From the NCBI GenBank assembly GCA_036172245.1, contig JAYWIR010000017.1:1860001-1924000 (forward strand): DNA of 64,000 bases, written 5' to 3'. The DNA is from Raillietiella orientalis. Taxonomy: Eukaryota. The translations under genes and the position numbers were made by a program. This document shows, piece after piece, positions 12,106-26,822 of the stretch. How positions within the stretch are numbered: the stretch's first letter is position 1; every line of letters begins with the position of its first letter. The notes beneath the pieces were generated by a model. The model was not told the origin of the DNA. It made no database searches and was given only the letters and a program-made list of their open reading frames with translations.

Positions 12106-15100
12106 GTAGGAAAAAACAAAAAAAAAACAAAGCTATTGGTGCATTTCTTTTTCTTACGGCAAACATCCACTGCTTAGCATCAAAAAAAAAAAAAAAAAAG
12201 TGAAAATAACGTGTCGATTTCGCTTCTGGGAGTGCACTCATATAGCTCGGTGTGTCAGCTTCGTAATACCTATGATATTTCCCGATTGCACTCAGGTTAC
12301 TGCATGAAGTTAACATAATAATTACTTTGTGAGTATGAAATATTGCAAAGACAACCAGGGAGGGAATGCTTCTTCATGCTTCGAACTCACCACAATAACA
12401 CGAAAGGGGGTATAGGGGATAGGTGAGAAGCGTGGCATAAGGGAACGAAATGTGTCTGGAAGTTCTTGGAAAAAAAAGACACAGTAAAAAGGGGAAGCTT
12501 GATTGCGATGCTGCTCCTGAAGCCGGTAGGGCGTTGAGCATTGCTGCATGCTTGCAGCTGACCTCAGGGGATTTCTCTTTTCTTTTTTCATAAAGTATCC
12601 AGTTTGTGATGTTTTTGGCTTACATCAGGATGTTGCTGGTATAAGCTGGATTCCCTCATATTAGTTTAGAACACTGTTTTGGTGTTTATCGCTTTTTGCA
12701 AACTCATTTTCAATCTGTTGCAAAAGCGTCTTCGTTTCGCTTCTTTTTCAGAACGACGGATTTGTTCTTGCATTCCGTGATGAACCGAATGAAATGGAGT
12801 TTTCCCGAACTGAATGCATCAACCTGTTTGTGATTTGCAAACGGTACTCGCTGTTTGTCTGTAGAACTTGGGGGAGACACGGAATCCAGATTTCTACAGA
12901 TATTTCAGCTACCACACACCTGAGGTATTCCTGATGGTTGTTTTCACCGTAACAGAAGCCTTAATGAAACACACGTTTTAGTGAAAGTTCACAGCAAGTA
13001 GCGAACCGCTCATTCATGAGTATGTGCACAAAAGAACGCACATTTTCTTTCTTTCTTCCTTTCCTTTTTTTTAGAATACTGAATGGGCTCTGGAAGTTCT
13101 GTCTTGTTAGCCACGCTTTCGTCTCGAGGAGGTCTGTGCAGGAATCGGGCGTACTTGCTTTCGTCGACTAGGTGAAAGCTTTCATCAGGTTTTGTCTCTT
13201 TAGGCTGTAAGCCTCTCGTGCAGCGTTTTCTTACAGAGGTACTTTTTGCCTGGTGATTCTGTTAGCATCTGTGAGGCAGGATGTGTTTTTTTCCTTTACC
13301 CCTCCCCTCCGTTGGCTCGCCTGCAGTTAAATTGCTTTCGCTTTGTGTGAGGATTTTTGAACTCGGGAAACTTGTCAGTGCCTTGGACATGTCTTCGAGG
13401 ATTCTGTTTCCAGATCGATTATTTAGTGTTCCAGTGCCATGATGGAGTGGGTCCAGCTATTGTCCCATCATTTATTGTCGCATTGAAAACCAGCTTTGGC
13501 TTACTCGATATGATTTTTTGAGTGCAAACAAAGAGATGACACACGAACTATAATGCGAGTGGTGATTCGTATTTCGTCGGCTCCTTGAGGGAGTAGCGGG
13601 AAACAGTCATTTATCATTCCAGCTGAGGACAATTTCCGAATTTTTTGTTGCCTGAGTTGAGTTTCACCGATCGTATCGGAATAGCTTCTCTCTCTCTCTT
13701 TTGTGGATCGCATTTATTCTCTGCTTCAAAATCAGAAAAGGAAAATCGCAATGATGTCACTTTTTTATCGATGGCAAAGGCACGCTCTTTTGTTCGCATA
13801 AAATGATAACTGAAGAGACTATTCTTGAACACCTCAAAGTGTCATTTGGCTGTGAGCGAAATAGGCTCATTCAGTACTCGAGATTTTGATGGCGTGAGTG
13901 CACTTTTTGTGGGCCTCGACAAAAGTGTCGCTCGGATTTGTTTCCAAGTTTGGCTTTGATGTGGGCGTGCGTGCCTTAGGATCAGAGTCGGAAGCGGTCA
14001 GCACCTGCGGTTGTCGGCAGGAACTGTTGTTCCTGATCAGAGAATAAACTTTCCGTATACCAAATATCTTGTCTACTTTTCCGCGTAAAACTTGAGCTGA
14101 GCTAAATTACTTTCCTGTTGTCCTGTGCAAATTCACAGAGCTGCTGAGCTGTTTCGTTTTGAGGTAGAAGCATTCGGTACAGCTCGATGGTTGATCTCAC
14201 TTGAGGACATTTTTTTTCTCTTTCGTCGCGTATAGTGATGACGGAGTAACCATCTTTCTCAGCGTTTTTAAAAGGTTTAGAAATTCTGAACACCGAAAAC
14301 GATCCTAGCGGTGGACATCAACCTCATTAAATTTTGGGTGACCTCAACCATCATGTCTGTGGAAACGAACAAGTTCGTGTTATTTCAAAAAAAAGCAATT
14401 TCACAACTTGTGTAGTGTAATTCGAGACTTCTTTTCTAAAGGAAACGACTTGTATCGTCTTTCGAAATTCATTAACAAACCTTTCTTTCTACCAATTTCA
14501 GTTACTGCTAACTCGCTCAAGGTTTTCGAGACCTCACATGGAGAAAACGATCTACCTTTAGCTGACACCAGTGCAGCGATTTCTCTTATTGTAATGTTGA
14601 TTTATTTATTAGCCAGCTGTAGCTCATAAACCTAAATCATTCCATCAGTTCAGTATTATTTTGTCCTTGACACCGAGTATTTCCTGATTAATATTTTCAG
14701 TGCTCCACGTAAAAAGTTCTTATTGCCAGTGCCACCAAGAAGCAGATTTTGCTGTCAAATTGCTTGTTAATTAGCATTTGATTTCATTATTCGCCTTTTT
14801 ACATCAGTCCATGAGCTCCTTTCGTGTGGCGTGTAAACGCAAGGACTCCAGAATGAAGAAGCTGTTTGCGATATCTTTCCTGACGCATCCAATTTTTTTG
14901 TCCTGATCCTAAGGATGAAACTAAAGAGCTGTCCAAGGGACATCACGACTGAAGACGCAAAGTGCTTCGCATTGCCTCAATGTTTTTTTCAAGATAGCTG
15001 AACTCCTTAAAGCTTTTTTGAATCTGATTCAGATCTTATTTAGAATGCCGTCTGCAATCTCAGTATGCAATGGAATCTGTACGAAAGAACTGAATTACTA

Positions 15101-18100
15101 CCGTAGCTTGATGGATTTTACACAGCAAACTTTGTACCAATCTAGCCGTTGCGTAGACTTTTCAGCTCATCTTTCACCGAAAACTTCAAGTAATCTCGTG
15201 TACAGTATCTGTATAGCTGTAGCCGGAAGGACAGCGATGGTAGCATATTATTTTAGCAGTTACTCATACTACCAGTGTAAATTTACATGATTTAGTGTAA
15301 TCTCATAAAAACATGGAAGTGAACCAACACCTTTCTGAAAGTGAAAAGTACGTATCGAACTAGTAATTGACCGAGAATAAGTCATCAAGGTAGCAGCAAA
15401 ATTTAGGGTTGATTAAATTAGAAAAAGGACTTCCCGAGAAGCTCAAGTGTGTAAAACAAAAATTTTTAAGTTAATTTTGAATAAAGTAATAGGTATGTGA
15501 TTGAGAGTAAATAGGGCAAGTACATTCCCAAAAGCTTTTTTTCTAAGTGCGGGTAGTATTGTGAATGTTGTTCTTACCAAACGCATTTTTCCGATTTAAA
15601 TTTTTATTAAAAATGAGAGTATGCATTTCTTTAACCACATTTGAAATATTTCAATCATCAGCTTTTTTGTTCTCTCCTCAGTGCATGTTTTGTTTTTTGT
15701 TTTTTTATCAAGGCATTTGAAATCACTATAGCATCAGCTATAAAATTTTGTAAATATTGATAACGTCATGCAAATAAATTTATTCAGGTTGTACAGAGCT
15801 CCTGTCTTATAGAAATACTTGTGCATCTACAGTGAGTTCTCGGAAGAAAGAATACAATTTGGATTTGTGACAGCTCTTAGCTACGTAGCAATGTTTTGTG
15901 ACGCTTGGCTACTCTCATGTTGAAACATACATGTCTTAACGTCGTGGGTTATTCTGCATCGTGAAAGCACTCACTTTTGCCTTTTATCCTTGCCTTGAAA
16001 TCATAGTATTTGGTTTCCAGTGGGATTTTCATCAGCGTGCGCGTGTACTCTTCAGCGTTTTCCTTTGCTTTAACTCCGAACAGATGAAGATTATTTGTGG
16101 GGATCTCAAAATTTGCAAATGTCTTGCACGGAGGAGCCCTTCACACTCCTCTATACACTGTGATTCCTTTGGAAACCTGTTCGCTTGTGATGAGGAATTA
16201 TTTATTAGCACAGCACTGTTTATCGTTTCCGCATTTTTAGACTTGGGACATACCGCTCTTTATGGGAAGATCAGGACTTTCGCCATGTGGGCAGACTCGT
16301 ACTCTGTGGATACGAGATTCGGGACACATGATCCTTGCTTCATTGGATGAGTTGCTATAGACTGTTGCTGTTTCTCGAATTCACCAGCATCCTAAGATGT
16401 TTGTTCTCCGGTTTTTATTGAGCCTTTTATTGTACTTGAAAAGCAAACTTCATTTTGGATTCCATAATCACTTTCCGTGGCTTAAGACTTCTAGAATTTT
16501 ATTATAGTCGTCACCCATTAACTTATTTTCATCTCCGTTCGTTGTTGCTTGGGCCTCGAATCTGCCTAATAAAGATAGGTTATATTAAAGTTCTCCTCAA
16601 TTACCAGTCTCTTTACTGAACCTGCATGAATATTTGCTTCATTCCAGGTAGTGTTTTCATTTGTTCTGAAAGATGTTTGTAATCTCAAGCGGCGTGAAAC
16701 AGGTTATTATTTTTTTTTTTTTCCTGCTTGTATCGCCTTTAGCTAGTACGCATAAAAAACAAATAGCGGAACATCATAGACGTCTTTTTGTTTGCCATCG
16801 CTGCATGCACTTGATGTGATGAAGAAAGGTCGCGTAGTAAGCGGTAAGTTGTACATAGTAGTCCATTACATCATGGTAAGGTACGGAGCTCTAAATATCT
16901 CGATGGAAATTTTGGAAAGTGAAATCCCCAAAAGATGCAAGAAAATTTTTCTAGGATGTATATGTCGTCCCTTTGTCAGTTCAGGATATGCTTCAGTGAG
17001 AGTGCAGTGCTACGTTTTTCCAGTGTATTCTCATCTGTTTGGTTAGAAAACAAAAGAGTTATGCTGCAAGAATTTTCGGTTTTCACTCCATAGTCGAGCC
17101 TGGTGCTTTTCAGAAATAGTCCCAGTGTTCTACCAACCTTGAAAAACTCAGTCTCATCCGAAACAGGTGAAAGATTGGTTTGTACACTTCCTGGCATCAG
17201 TCGTGTTTCCCAATAAATGAGTCAACGATTTTTCATTTTTCCTTCTTTCTTTTCTTTTCTTTCTTGCTAGTTCCATGAAAACTCTTAGTGCGCATTTTCA
17301 ACCCCGTTCAAAAGAGTTCCCCCGCCTTCTATTTTCTGCCAATTCGACGCCAGCGAAGGCCAGCTTGTGATTTGATGTTCCTATGGTAGCTGTTCACAAC
17401 CAAAGTCCGTCTTCCTGTGTGTTATGTTTCCAATGTCCACGAATCTGGGGATATCATCCAGCAGATCGGTGCAGTTTCTGAATCCGCCATTGCTGAGTGA
17501 ACGGGAAGTTCACTGAATGACTCGTGCAGTTCTGTGATGATTGCTGCAGCGCTCTCTCATCATGAGCACGTCCGAAATGCTCACAAACAGCACACCGCTG
17601 CGAAGCATTTGTTTTCGCGGTGGTTCTGAAAACTGATTGAGTTTTCATTGCTCCCGCATGCACGTGTTCCCGGTTGCCTGTTCGGTACTTCGAACGGAGC
17701 CGAAATCTCTGAGTTTCCTTGGCACGAAAGTAAATCCAGCAATCTTTGTTTAATGACTGGAAAATTCCTGCATGATGTTTTTGCGTCAACCTTATTTTTC
17801 CCAAACCTGAAGGCCGTCGAACATGACGAAAGAGGAATGTGGAGGTTCCTCCATCGTTTTGTTCAGTCTGAACGGTTTGGTGTTCTCAGGACGCTCGTGC
17901 CGAGTATCCAGGCGACCGGGAATCGTGAAGGCCATAGCATTTAAGCTGAAAGATGGATGTTTTTCGGTGCATCTTCCCGAATTTTTTCAGCTTCATCGTA
18001 TTGGAGCTTTTTCATAAGTTCATGGGATATTAGAAATGCATTAAAACGATTGCAAAATTAAAACCATGCAATTTAGTATGTCGTTAGGAAACATTGAAAA

Positions 18101-19569
18101 GGTGCCAATAAATAAAGAGTGCTCTTCGAATGCCTTTCTATACACATTTTTAAGAGCTGGAAGTGGGAAAAGGTGTCAATTCTTGTAAAGAAAGTGCGTG
18201 CTTTCCGGTGTCCATTCTTTCGATCACTCGTAATAGATGTTTGTATGGACCTAGTCTGAGTGCACTGTACATTTTTAAAGCGCTGGAGGCTGTGAACGCT
18301 TGTGATGTTTTGTCGCACAGAGGCCAAATACTTTTTACTCGGTATCCGCTGTGCTTTTTACTCGAATCGCTCCATATTCAGGGCAACGGACTAAATCATC
18401 TGATCCGAGTCATATCAGTGATTGATCGGCAAATGTGAACGCTGGATTCTGTCAAGTTGATTTTTCAGCCAAAGTTCTTAAATGTAGTAAATCATGATCA
18501 CCTGAAATGAACAGAGAAGAAAGGCTCTCTTGATGGAAGAAATACTCGCAACTCTAGCAAGTGAATGGATTATTGGATGATTCCCTTATTTACTTTGACC
18601 GTGGTCTTTATGATGATTGCTCTGATTAGTTTGCTCGGCTAGATTGCACAAGTTTCTTCCAGGGGTTTACCCACCCATGTACCCTATAGAATAACAAGCA
18701 CGAGAATGGAGTGAAACATTACTACTACATTATTCCTTTTTTTGTTTTTTTGGTCTCCCTGGACCAAAAACGTCGTCCCTTTGAAAATTCGATTTTTTTT
18801 TTTGTCGAGATGTTCTTTAACAGACTTGGATTTCCTCTTTAACCACTTTCGCTGTTATTATATTCTGTCAAGCTGAAGTATTGATGAGTGCATTCCTTCG
18901 AATGGAAACCGTTGTAAATGAGGGTTCTTCCTAATTGGGCTATAAAAAAATGATAATAAAAGTTGTTACCTTTTTTATTAGCCATCAGCTCATACTGTTT
19001 ATTTATCGTTTTTTTTCCCCATGCACACCTGCTTTGGCGTCTTTCTGTTAATTCAAGATCCGACTCGTAGTTTTTCAGTTTTGTATTTCTGTGGGATTGC
19101 ATATAAATTTTACATGATTCACGTTTTCTGTACTTTACAAAACACTGCAAAATAAACACACTTCTGCATAGGGATTATTCTGAATCAAAATAATGACCAT
19201 AATCGAATTAGGGCGTTAAGCAGATTGTAGCTTGCAATGTCAAGCAAAAATTTAACATACCAAAACTGAAGCTCTAACGCATGGGTGCTTTTCATGTACA
19301 ATAAATTCACGAGGAACATGAATTGTACGTGAAAATTGATCAGTGTGTGATCATTCGTGATGAATTCAAATGAAGAGGCACTCAAAGAAAGCTCATTTGA
19401 TTTGATGATAATCAGATCAGTCTACAGCAATCACCAGAATTAATTTCTTTTTTACAGTGTACGCTCGATGTAGTCACCTTTGATAAGAGAAACTTTGGGC
19501 ACAAGCAGCCCTTGACATGGTCAACATTTTCACTTTTCTGTCATTCGAAAGAAAAGAAACTTTTTTTTC

Positions 19570-20240
19570 AGTACACTAAAAGGTGCGGCTTATATGGCAG
19601 TAGAGTCGTGCAATGGAATTCCAAAGAGCGTTATTGCAGATGCTTTTAAGCATTTGTATTCATCAACTGAAGAAGTCGAGTTGAGTTTACCGATCGGCTA
19701 TTTCACTGATGAAGATCACATGCCCATGGCAACACGATCCAATCCCATAACAAGAGAGAAAACGTAGCAGGTGATTCTGAGGTTATGGAATGGGCGGAAG
19801 GCGAAAATGAATGAAATCATGTTCATGATCTTGGATACCGTTAGCAACGCTCCTATGGAGCATGCGGAAGAGAATTTAGATGGGAGTTACCATGTTGAAA
19901 TATTCGATATGGACAAAGTTATTGACCACTCTTCCAGTTTAGCTATGGAGTGGTCAGAAAGTGTCTGCCTGCCTCCTGCTCATGATGTCCTCCTCCTGAG
20001 AAGAATGCGGGAAAAAGCAATCGTGAAGAAGTTTGAATCAAATTAAATATCGTATCATCATCATTCACCATGCAGTATCATTATGTTTCACTTTTGTCAT
20101 GCTACTAAATTTGTTCATTTGATTGCAAAAATTCATGCTACTGCTGAACAATTTGGTTCCTTCCATTTCATCGTTCGAAATTAATTTTTTTCTTGATTTC
20201 GACCACCCATCTCGACACAATCAACAACATTCTATAAAGG
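19570..20240 (+). mobile_element. Possible decayed pogo/Tc2-like DNA transposon remnant
   Basis: ggtgcggcttatat resembles Tc2/pogo terminal motifs, followed by an IPKSVIADAFKH segment and acidic tail-like sequence; weak, by-eye resemblance. Confidence 0.2.
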
Positions 20241-21147
20241 CAACATTTTCAAAATTTGGATTCCAGCAAAGGTGACGAAATGCATGCATTTTTCCATATC
20301 GAATGCGCACTGCATCATTTTTTTTTTGGAAGAAAAGGAAAATCATAATGTATTTCAAGTGAAATAAAAAGAATGGATCGGAATTCTTGACGCAGCTGGA
20401 ATTTAGTTTTTCACGTTCTCATGGCACACCTGGCACTGGCTAAAATTTCCGCTTTTGATGATGTTGGACGCTGAAAATTCCATTCTGCTTTCTCCAAAGC
20501 TTGTGTTCATACAGGACTATGGAAGTTTATTGTCCCGTGCAGATTAGCTTTGGGCGTCGTCAATTAGAACTGTAGAGTCAGCATTCTAACTGAGCAAGCC
20601 TGTAAAAAATTCGCGAAAATCAGTCATTCATACATGTGTACGATACAGAAAATTTCTAGGAAGCTAAACTTCTCCGCGATTCGGAAAAATCACACTTTTA
20701 TTTGCATGGGTGTTTCAGTATGTATTTGTGATGTGATCATCGATGGTCTACCTGTAGAATTATCTAGAACTAAAGTGTTGTTTTATCCATTTCAAGTGGC
20801 TTAGTACTTAAGCTGGTCTAATGGCAGCGTCTGTAAAGAGTCCTTTTAATTGAGGGGCGAACTAAGAGTTAGCTCACTCATCCCTTAATTCCGTAGATGT
20901 TATCGTAGTCTATTGCGTTGCACTGCGTGGAGAGGGTTTTTTGCTCTATCTGGATTTCATTCTATTTTCCAAGAAGGGATGGTTAGAATACTGTTCTGTT
21001 TTTATAGCAATGCTGTTGCGATGATTCTTAGAAATGCATTCACATGAAAAAGCATGCAAAAGTCCATTTGATTTCGGTGCATTTTTATGAACTGTTAAAC
21101 TGTCGAATTATTGGTGAGTGCCATCTTAAGTGAACTTTTGATTTTAG

Positions 21148-21492
21148 ATTACAGCACTGGTTTTGGATCGAGCAAGCCAAAGAACCATATCTTTCGACTC
21201 GAATCGAATCTTTCCCCTAATACTAACCTGCTGATTTTACCTCGCAAACACGTTCCTTCCGAATACAATTATGCCCTACCGTTTGCTCAGGAAGGAAGTT
21301 ATCCCAGTTCTTCTGCTAGCGAACATCAGTACGATGTTCCACACACACATCTGTACAAAGGACCTTCGTTGTTATCTACTCTTCCTGCAGAAGATCTCCC
21401 TTCGGGGAAACTGACTTGCGAAAACATGCAGGATTTTGACCCCGAACGAATTGTCAATTACAGGTCAAGTCCTGGTCTCATGCTTGACAGTG
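21148..21492 (+). CDS. unc-5: UNC-5 juxtamembrane cytoplasmic exon
   Basis: Open frame containing SEHQYDVPH; acceptor ttttag at 21147, donor GTGAGT at 21493; 345 nt, phase 1-1. Confidence 0.82.
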
Positions 21493-21558
21493 GTGAGTGT
21501 ATGAGCAGCTGAGTACGTTTGCTTACTGTTGTATTCCCGATTGGGCGTGTGTATACAG

Positions 21559-21816
21559 CCATCCTATCAAATGTCCAGTCATCAAATGAAAATGAAATTT
21601 GCAATGGGATTTCTCCCCTCAAATGGTTCAATCTTTTCAAAGGGAAAAACAGCGAATTCGTTGTTTCTGCCCATGTTGATGCAGCTGGTTATAGGCTCAA
21701 TATTTTAAACATTGGTGTTTCACTTTACATTCCCGAAGGATCAGTCAGTAGAGGAAAATCAGAAGAAATATACTTAGCAGTTGCTTCCGAAGATAAAGAT
21801 CGTCCAGCACTTCACA
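21559..21816 (+). CDS. unc-5: UNC-5 ZU5 domain, N-terminal exon
   Basis: GYRLNILNIGVSLYIPEGSV...EEIYLAV...DKDRP; acceptor tacag at 21558 after a 66-nt intron, donor GTACGT at 21817; 258 nt. Confidence 0.88.
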
Positions 21817-21893
21817 GTACGTGCGGTCTTCCCCCTCCTCTTCCCCCCCCAAAAAATGCTCCTAAAAATGAATGTATTCATTCTCTGTTTTAG

Positions 21894-22291
21894 ATGGAAA
21901 GACACTTCTGAGTCCAATTATTATCTGTGGTCCGTCGGATAAGGTTCTCAGCAAACCATTTATTCTCGGTTTCCAACATTGTGCCAACTTACGTCTATGC
22001 AACTGGAAATTGACTCTTCTTCAGTGCACTTCGGCTTCTGAAAATAATTGGGAACCTCTGGTTGTTCTTGGAGAAGAAAACATCACTACGCCGGTATTCA
22101 CCCAGCTGGACCCGAACCATGCTTATTTGCTCACTGATAAATTGACGAGATATGCTTTGGTTGGAGAATCTGCTGCATCTGAGAAAGCGGTCAAACAGTT
22201 GAAGCTGGCTGCGTTTGTTACTAGTGGGAACACAGAGGAAGAATTTGAACTTCTGATCTATTATTTAGAGGACACTCAAGTGCCGCTGCAG
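21894..22291 (+). CDS. unc-5: UNC-5 ZU5/UPA exon
   Basis: TLLSPIIICGP...LSKPFILGFQHCA...YALVGES...AVKQLKLAAF...YYLEDT; acceptor ttttag at 21893, donor GTAGTT at 22292; phase 1-0. Confidence 0.93.
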
Positions 22292-22468
22292 GTAGTTGTG
22301 GCAGTCAATTTGTTCAGGATATGGGAGAATTTTTTTTACGATCTCGGTGCAGCTATTCCAAGTTCAGTTTCAGTAGTGGCTAATTGCTACAGAGTTTGTC
22401 TGCAGATATCAAAACGAATTCATTCTGGATTTCCATCACAAGTTCATTAGCTGGTGGATGTTTTTTAG

Positions 22469-22612
22469 ACTATTCTATCATCGGAGCATCGGAAGAACGG
22501 GAAATTAGTTAGCAAGCCAAAACTGCTTCTTTTCCATGATGGAGGTGCAGCCCTGAGAGTATCCATCGAAGATATCAGCAGTAGCTGGCGTTGCAAAGAT
22601 CCAGAATATCAG
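22469..22612 (+). CDS. unc-5: UNC-5 UPA exon (absent from the ORF track)
   Basis: TILSSEHRKNGKLVSKPKLLLFHDGGAALRVSIEDISSSWRCKDPEYQ; acceptor ttttag at 22468, donor GTGAAT at 22613; 144 nt, phase 0-0. Confidence 0.9.
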
Positions 22613-25600
22613 GTGAATCTGCCGCTTCAAATGCCGCGTAGTTTTCGATTCGGTTTGACACTTCCTTCTCCAAGATGCACACCAACTTTGCCTTGTTGCC
22701 ACTTCTCCAAATCACTTCATCGCTCTTACAGTGACTATGTTGCAGCGTTCGGTTACATATTCTCTAACATGTGCCAGATACCTTTTGAAAGGTGTTTCCT
22801 TCCTTCGCATAATGCTTATTTCACTCGAATAGATATTGCCTTTCTGTCTTTTCCCTAAAAAGGTAAGGAAGTTTGCTTTAGCAAGATATGTGATTTGTGG
22901 AGAATGGAATTCTGTGGTGGTCTGCATTTATTGTATGCATCGAGATTTTTCTTATTTGTGGTGAATGTTAGATTAGATTGTAAGTTCCGAGCTCAGCTGT
23001 CGGTTTGTGAATATGAAAAAGACATTCGAAACAAAATCTCTTCCCCAAAGAAAACGTCAGAATTCTCAGTCTTTGCACAAGCTGAGGTGTTGCTGCTATT
23101 GCTGTTGTTCCTCATTGCTATCAAAATACGAAGAGAAGTAAACTGAATTCTATAAAAAAAAAAAAAACATTAGAAAAATGCCTTTTAAATAGACAAGATC
23201 TCTCGCAGTCAGGTTTCATTTGTCCTATGAAAGAAATGCTCTGAGAGTCTCTAAAAATGAAAAAAAAAATGGTCTATGAATAGAATAAAAAAAAAAGCTT
23301 TCAGTTTACATGCTTTAAATGATTTACAGCTTCACCCGAAGACAAATTTGGCAAAACTTAGAGAGGAACCATTTCGAGAAGCAAAACGAGTGGAGATGAT
23401 TTCTAGCATATAAACGTGTATTTTAAGATATCGTTCGAATTGTACGTGGGTTCGTCGTTCCATTAACGTGGAATTGGTGTAAACAAGGCAAAGGTGTGAG
23501 CGAAAAAAATCATTCCTTATTATAGCCATATCATCATCAAAGTAGAAAATGGTAGGGACACTGTTCCCTGTTGTGAAAAGGTGTCGACTTTCCAATGGTG
23601 CAGGGTCCATTACGAAGGAGGAAGAAGCCCATGCACGCGAGCAAACTGTACATTCTCGAGAACTGAAACTGTCAGATAAGCAGCTGTTGAACTCTGTTTG
23701 CAGAAATCATTCCGAAATAGCATCCCAGCCAAAAGCACTGGAATAAGGCATCGCAAATAAATAAGTAGTGAACGACTTTTCTGGGGAAGCTGGTTTCCAA
23801 CGTGGATGTGATGCCAAATTAAATTGAAGGACAACTCCACCAAGTGAATTTCAAAATGATCCGGAGGTCTTGCAAAGAAAAACCGGATGACGCGGATGCG
23901 GGGAATAATTCGTGTGGATGATATCGAAATGCGTGACGGAAGTTTTACTCTGATTGAAAGGAGTAGCAACTACTATAATGTCTTTAGAATCCACTAATGC
24001 CTTCACTCTCTGTACAGCTCACCTCCTTCGATCACTTTTAACTTTGTATTCGTGTTGAAAAATCGTCGATATGTTTCCAAGTTTTCCATGTTTTAGAAGT
24101 GTGGGATCCGGTGTTAACGCCGCGTCACAACTGGACTTGAAGTTTTCTTCTTTGCAGAGTTTTTTGGCAAACTGCTTACATTCTTATGCTTGCTCGAAAA
24201 CGGTTTTTTAGGTTTATTTACTTTGCCTGGGTCTGTTGGTCTGTCGACATTGATCATCCGTTAATATCGTTCTCGCAGTGGTTGGAATTGCGGCTGAAGT
24301 ATCCGTGACGTCATCTTCGGCGCTCACTGTCATGGGAGAAATTACAAAACACTTTGTGCGATGTTGTTGAAAGATTTTTCACAAGAGCAGAAAGAAGGAC
24401 AGCAGTTTCACGTGGAACACAGTGGAAGGATCCGTAGCATTTTAGCAGGACAAGGGGTAAACGAAGTGGCAGAATAAGGTGCCAGCATTCAATCCTTTAA
24501 TTTGACGGAAACTAAAGCGTTAAAGTAAATTTAAATAAATGAGTAAATTCGGATGCTCGCCAGAATGCAGACAGGAAAAAATTTTTTTAATTTCATTCAC
24601 CTATTATTGCAATGATTCTTCGTTTGCTTGCTTTGAGAATTGGCTGCTCAGCATCTTTCGAAAATGGCTGCAAAATGGCACACTTTTCGTGATATTCCTC
24701 GATGTACTTCGAGAGTCTGTTGCCATGGATAGCACAATAACAGGAACATATGCGATGATGGTTTCTACTAACTTCGTGAATCGTGGGTAATCTCAGAAGT
24801 GGAAATACATTCGAGTTCCTATACGTATTCAGGGGTCACTTCTCCTTTGCTATGTTTCCCAAAGCATTTCTACTGTGTGACCACCAATAAGCGTGATCAT
24901 CGAATTCTTCCATTTGATTGTTCCATTCTGTTTTTATTGAGAAGTAGAAACCGAACAAAGAGGCCGCTGCTTGTACAGGATAAAACGAATGCATTGCGAT
25001 TTGCCTTTCTTTTTCTGTTGACAGGGCACGGCAGATCCAGAGTAAGCTTCCCGTTGTTATTTATCGTGTGACACGTGATTAACGTTTTCATATCTCAGTC
25101 CTGGATCGATCCTGATTCATTTGATTGTGGTTGACCCTTGTTTTTTCGTATTCATGCTTAGTCGTGGAAAGGTGGGTGACTTCGAGGTTCGCTCATAAAG
25201 TTTTGGTAAACGGTCGCAAGGACTAAGAGCAGCTTTAAGAAGCATGGCTTCCTTGTCAGCAAAATTCCCGCAGCTCCAGGAGCCAATGTACCTGTGTAAT
25301 ATCAGTTCTTCTTGCTGAGCATTTTGAGATCTACTTTCGGGCTATAGAAATCAAATGATCGCATGCCGGATGATTTCACAATGATTGCTGTCCTGTCTCA
25401 ACTCTTGAGATGCCATTTAAGCATTTCTTCACGATGATACATTTTTATCCGAGTCTGATTCATCTCTGGTAAATGGGCTGATATAGAGAAATTACGTTTA
25501 GTCGTTCATGCTATGTTAGCAGCTATTCAGACTCTTTTCTCACCTAAGAACGAATACAAACCCGCCAGCAATGTGGTTGACGTTTGACTCTGTGATGGCA

Positions 25601-25715
25601 ATGAAAGACTTTTTTAATCTGATAGGATGATTGTTCCCTTCAACTGTAAAATTGTTCTCACAAAACATGCCTCACATATTCACTGTGAGTAATGATGATT
25701 TCTTTTCTTGTAAAG

Positions 25716-25889
25716 GAAGTTCCATTTTCGAATATATGGTCTTCCAGCCGCACTTTGCCATGCTGCCGATTTTTGTTAGAGCAGAAAGACAAGTCGATGG
25801 AGACGATGTCTTGTCGCATTCTCGCCAATCAAAAAACCGATCAGAGCAGCAGGATCATGTTGAGGATACATCTGGATGTAGCCAAATGG
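25716..25889 (+). CDS. unc-5: UNC-5 UPA C-terminal exon
   Basis: EVPFSNIWSSSRTLPCCRFLLEQ resembles UNC-5 EIPFxHIW...LHCxFTLER; acceptor taaag at 25715, donor GTACGT at 25890; 174 nt, phase 0-0. Confidence 0.88.
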
Positions 25890-26577
25890 GTACGTTGTCT
25901 TAATTTCAATGTCTACCTAGTAGCTGCAGAATCGTTTTCCTCTAATTAATGTAGTTGAATTTCTGTGCCTCCTGATTACTTTGTACGTATTGCCGTGACA
26001 TCACGAGTCGTTTGATTGCATCCGTTTCTTGATCCGTTCGAGATAAACGCAAATTTTGGATTTCATTATACAGAGCGGATGTTTTCAATGTTACCAAATT
26101 GTTTTTTTTTTTTTTTTGGGGTTGCTAAATTTCCAATTCACAAGACGCAGCTTCTGATTTCGCTTGCAAGAAAGCGTCGTGTTCGGAAACAGAGACGGTG
26201 TCTTACTGAAAACAACTTGCGAGAAGCATCAGTGATAGATGTTTTTTATATTCGCGGCTTGATAGAGGAAATTTGGGCTTCGGAAACGACCCACGCCCGA
26301 GTCCGCATTCAAAAGCGAGCCGTTTCGCAGTTATCTCTGCTCGAAATCGATCCGTTGAAATTACGGGCAATTTTTTGGCTGCAGGAGACTGGCCGTTTCC
26401 TCGGATTTTTTCTCAAACAAAAAAATTCCTCCCCCCCCCCCCCATTTCGAGGAAAAAGTATCCAAATTGCGATTTAGTCAGTGACCGTTCCAGAATGACA
26501 ATGAATGAATGAATTTTACTTATCCAGAAATGAGATCTCCATCTTGTTTTTTGTTTTTTTTTTAATTTCTCATCTAG

Positions 26578-26822
26578 AAGTCTATGGACGCAAATCACCA
26601 GAATTTTCACAGGAGTCCCAAAATAGATTTGCCTAGGATGTTCCACGTTAAGGATTCCGTACTCTGTACGAACAGTGGACACAACGGTATCATCGCATTG
26701 GATTCTGCACCCGTACAGAGGATACCATCAGATATCAGACGACAGTTGTGCAGTTTTCTGGATCCCCCGAACGCCAAAGGGAACGACTGGAGGCTGCTCG
26801 CCAAAAAGCTGAATGTCGACAG
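26578..26822 (+). CDS. unc-5: UNC-5 death domain, first exon
   Basis: [35 protein letters not shown]; pyrimidine tract plus TAG at 26577, donor GTTGGT at 26823; phase 0-2. Confidence 0.92.
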
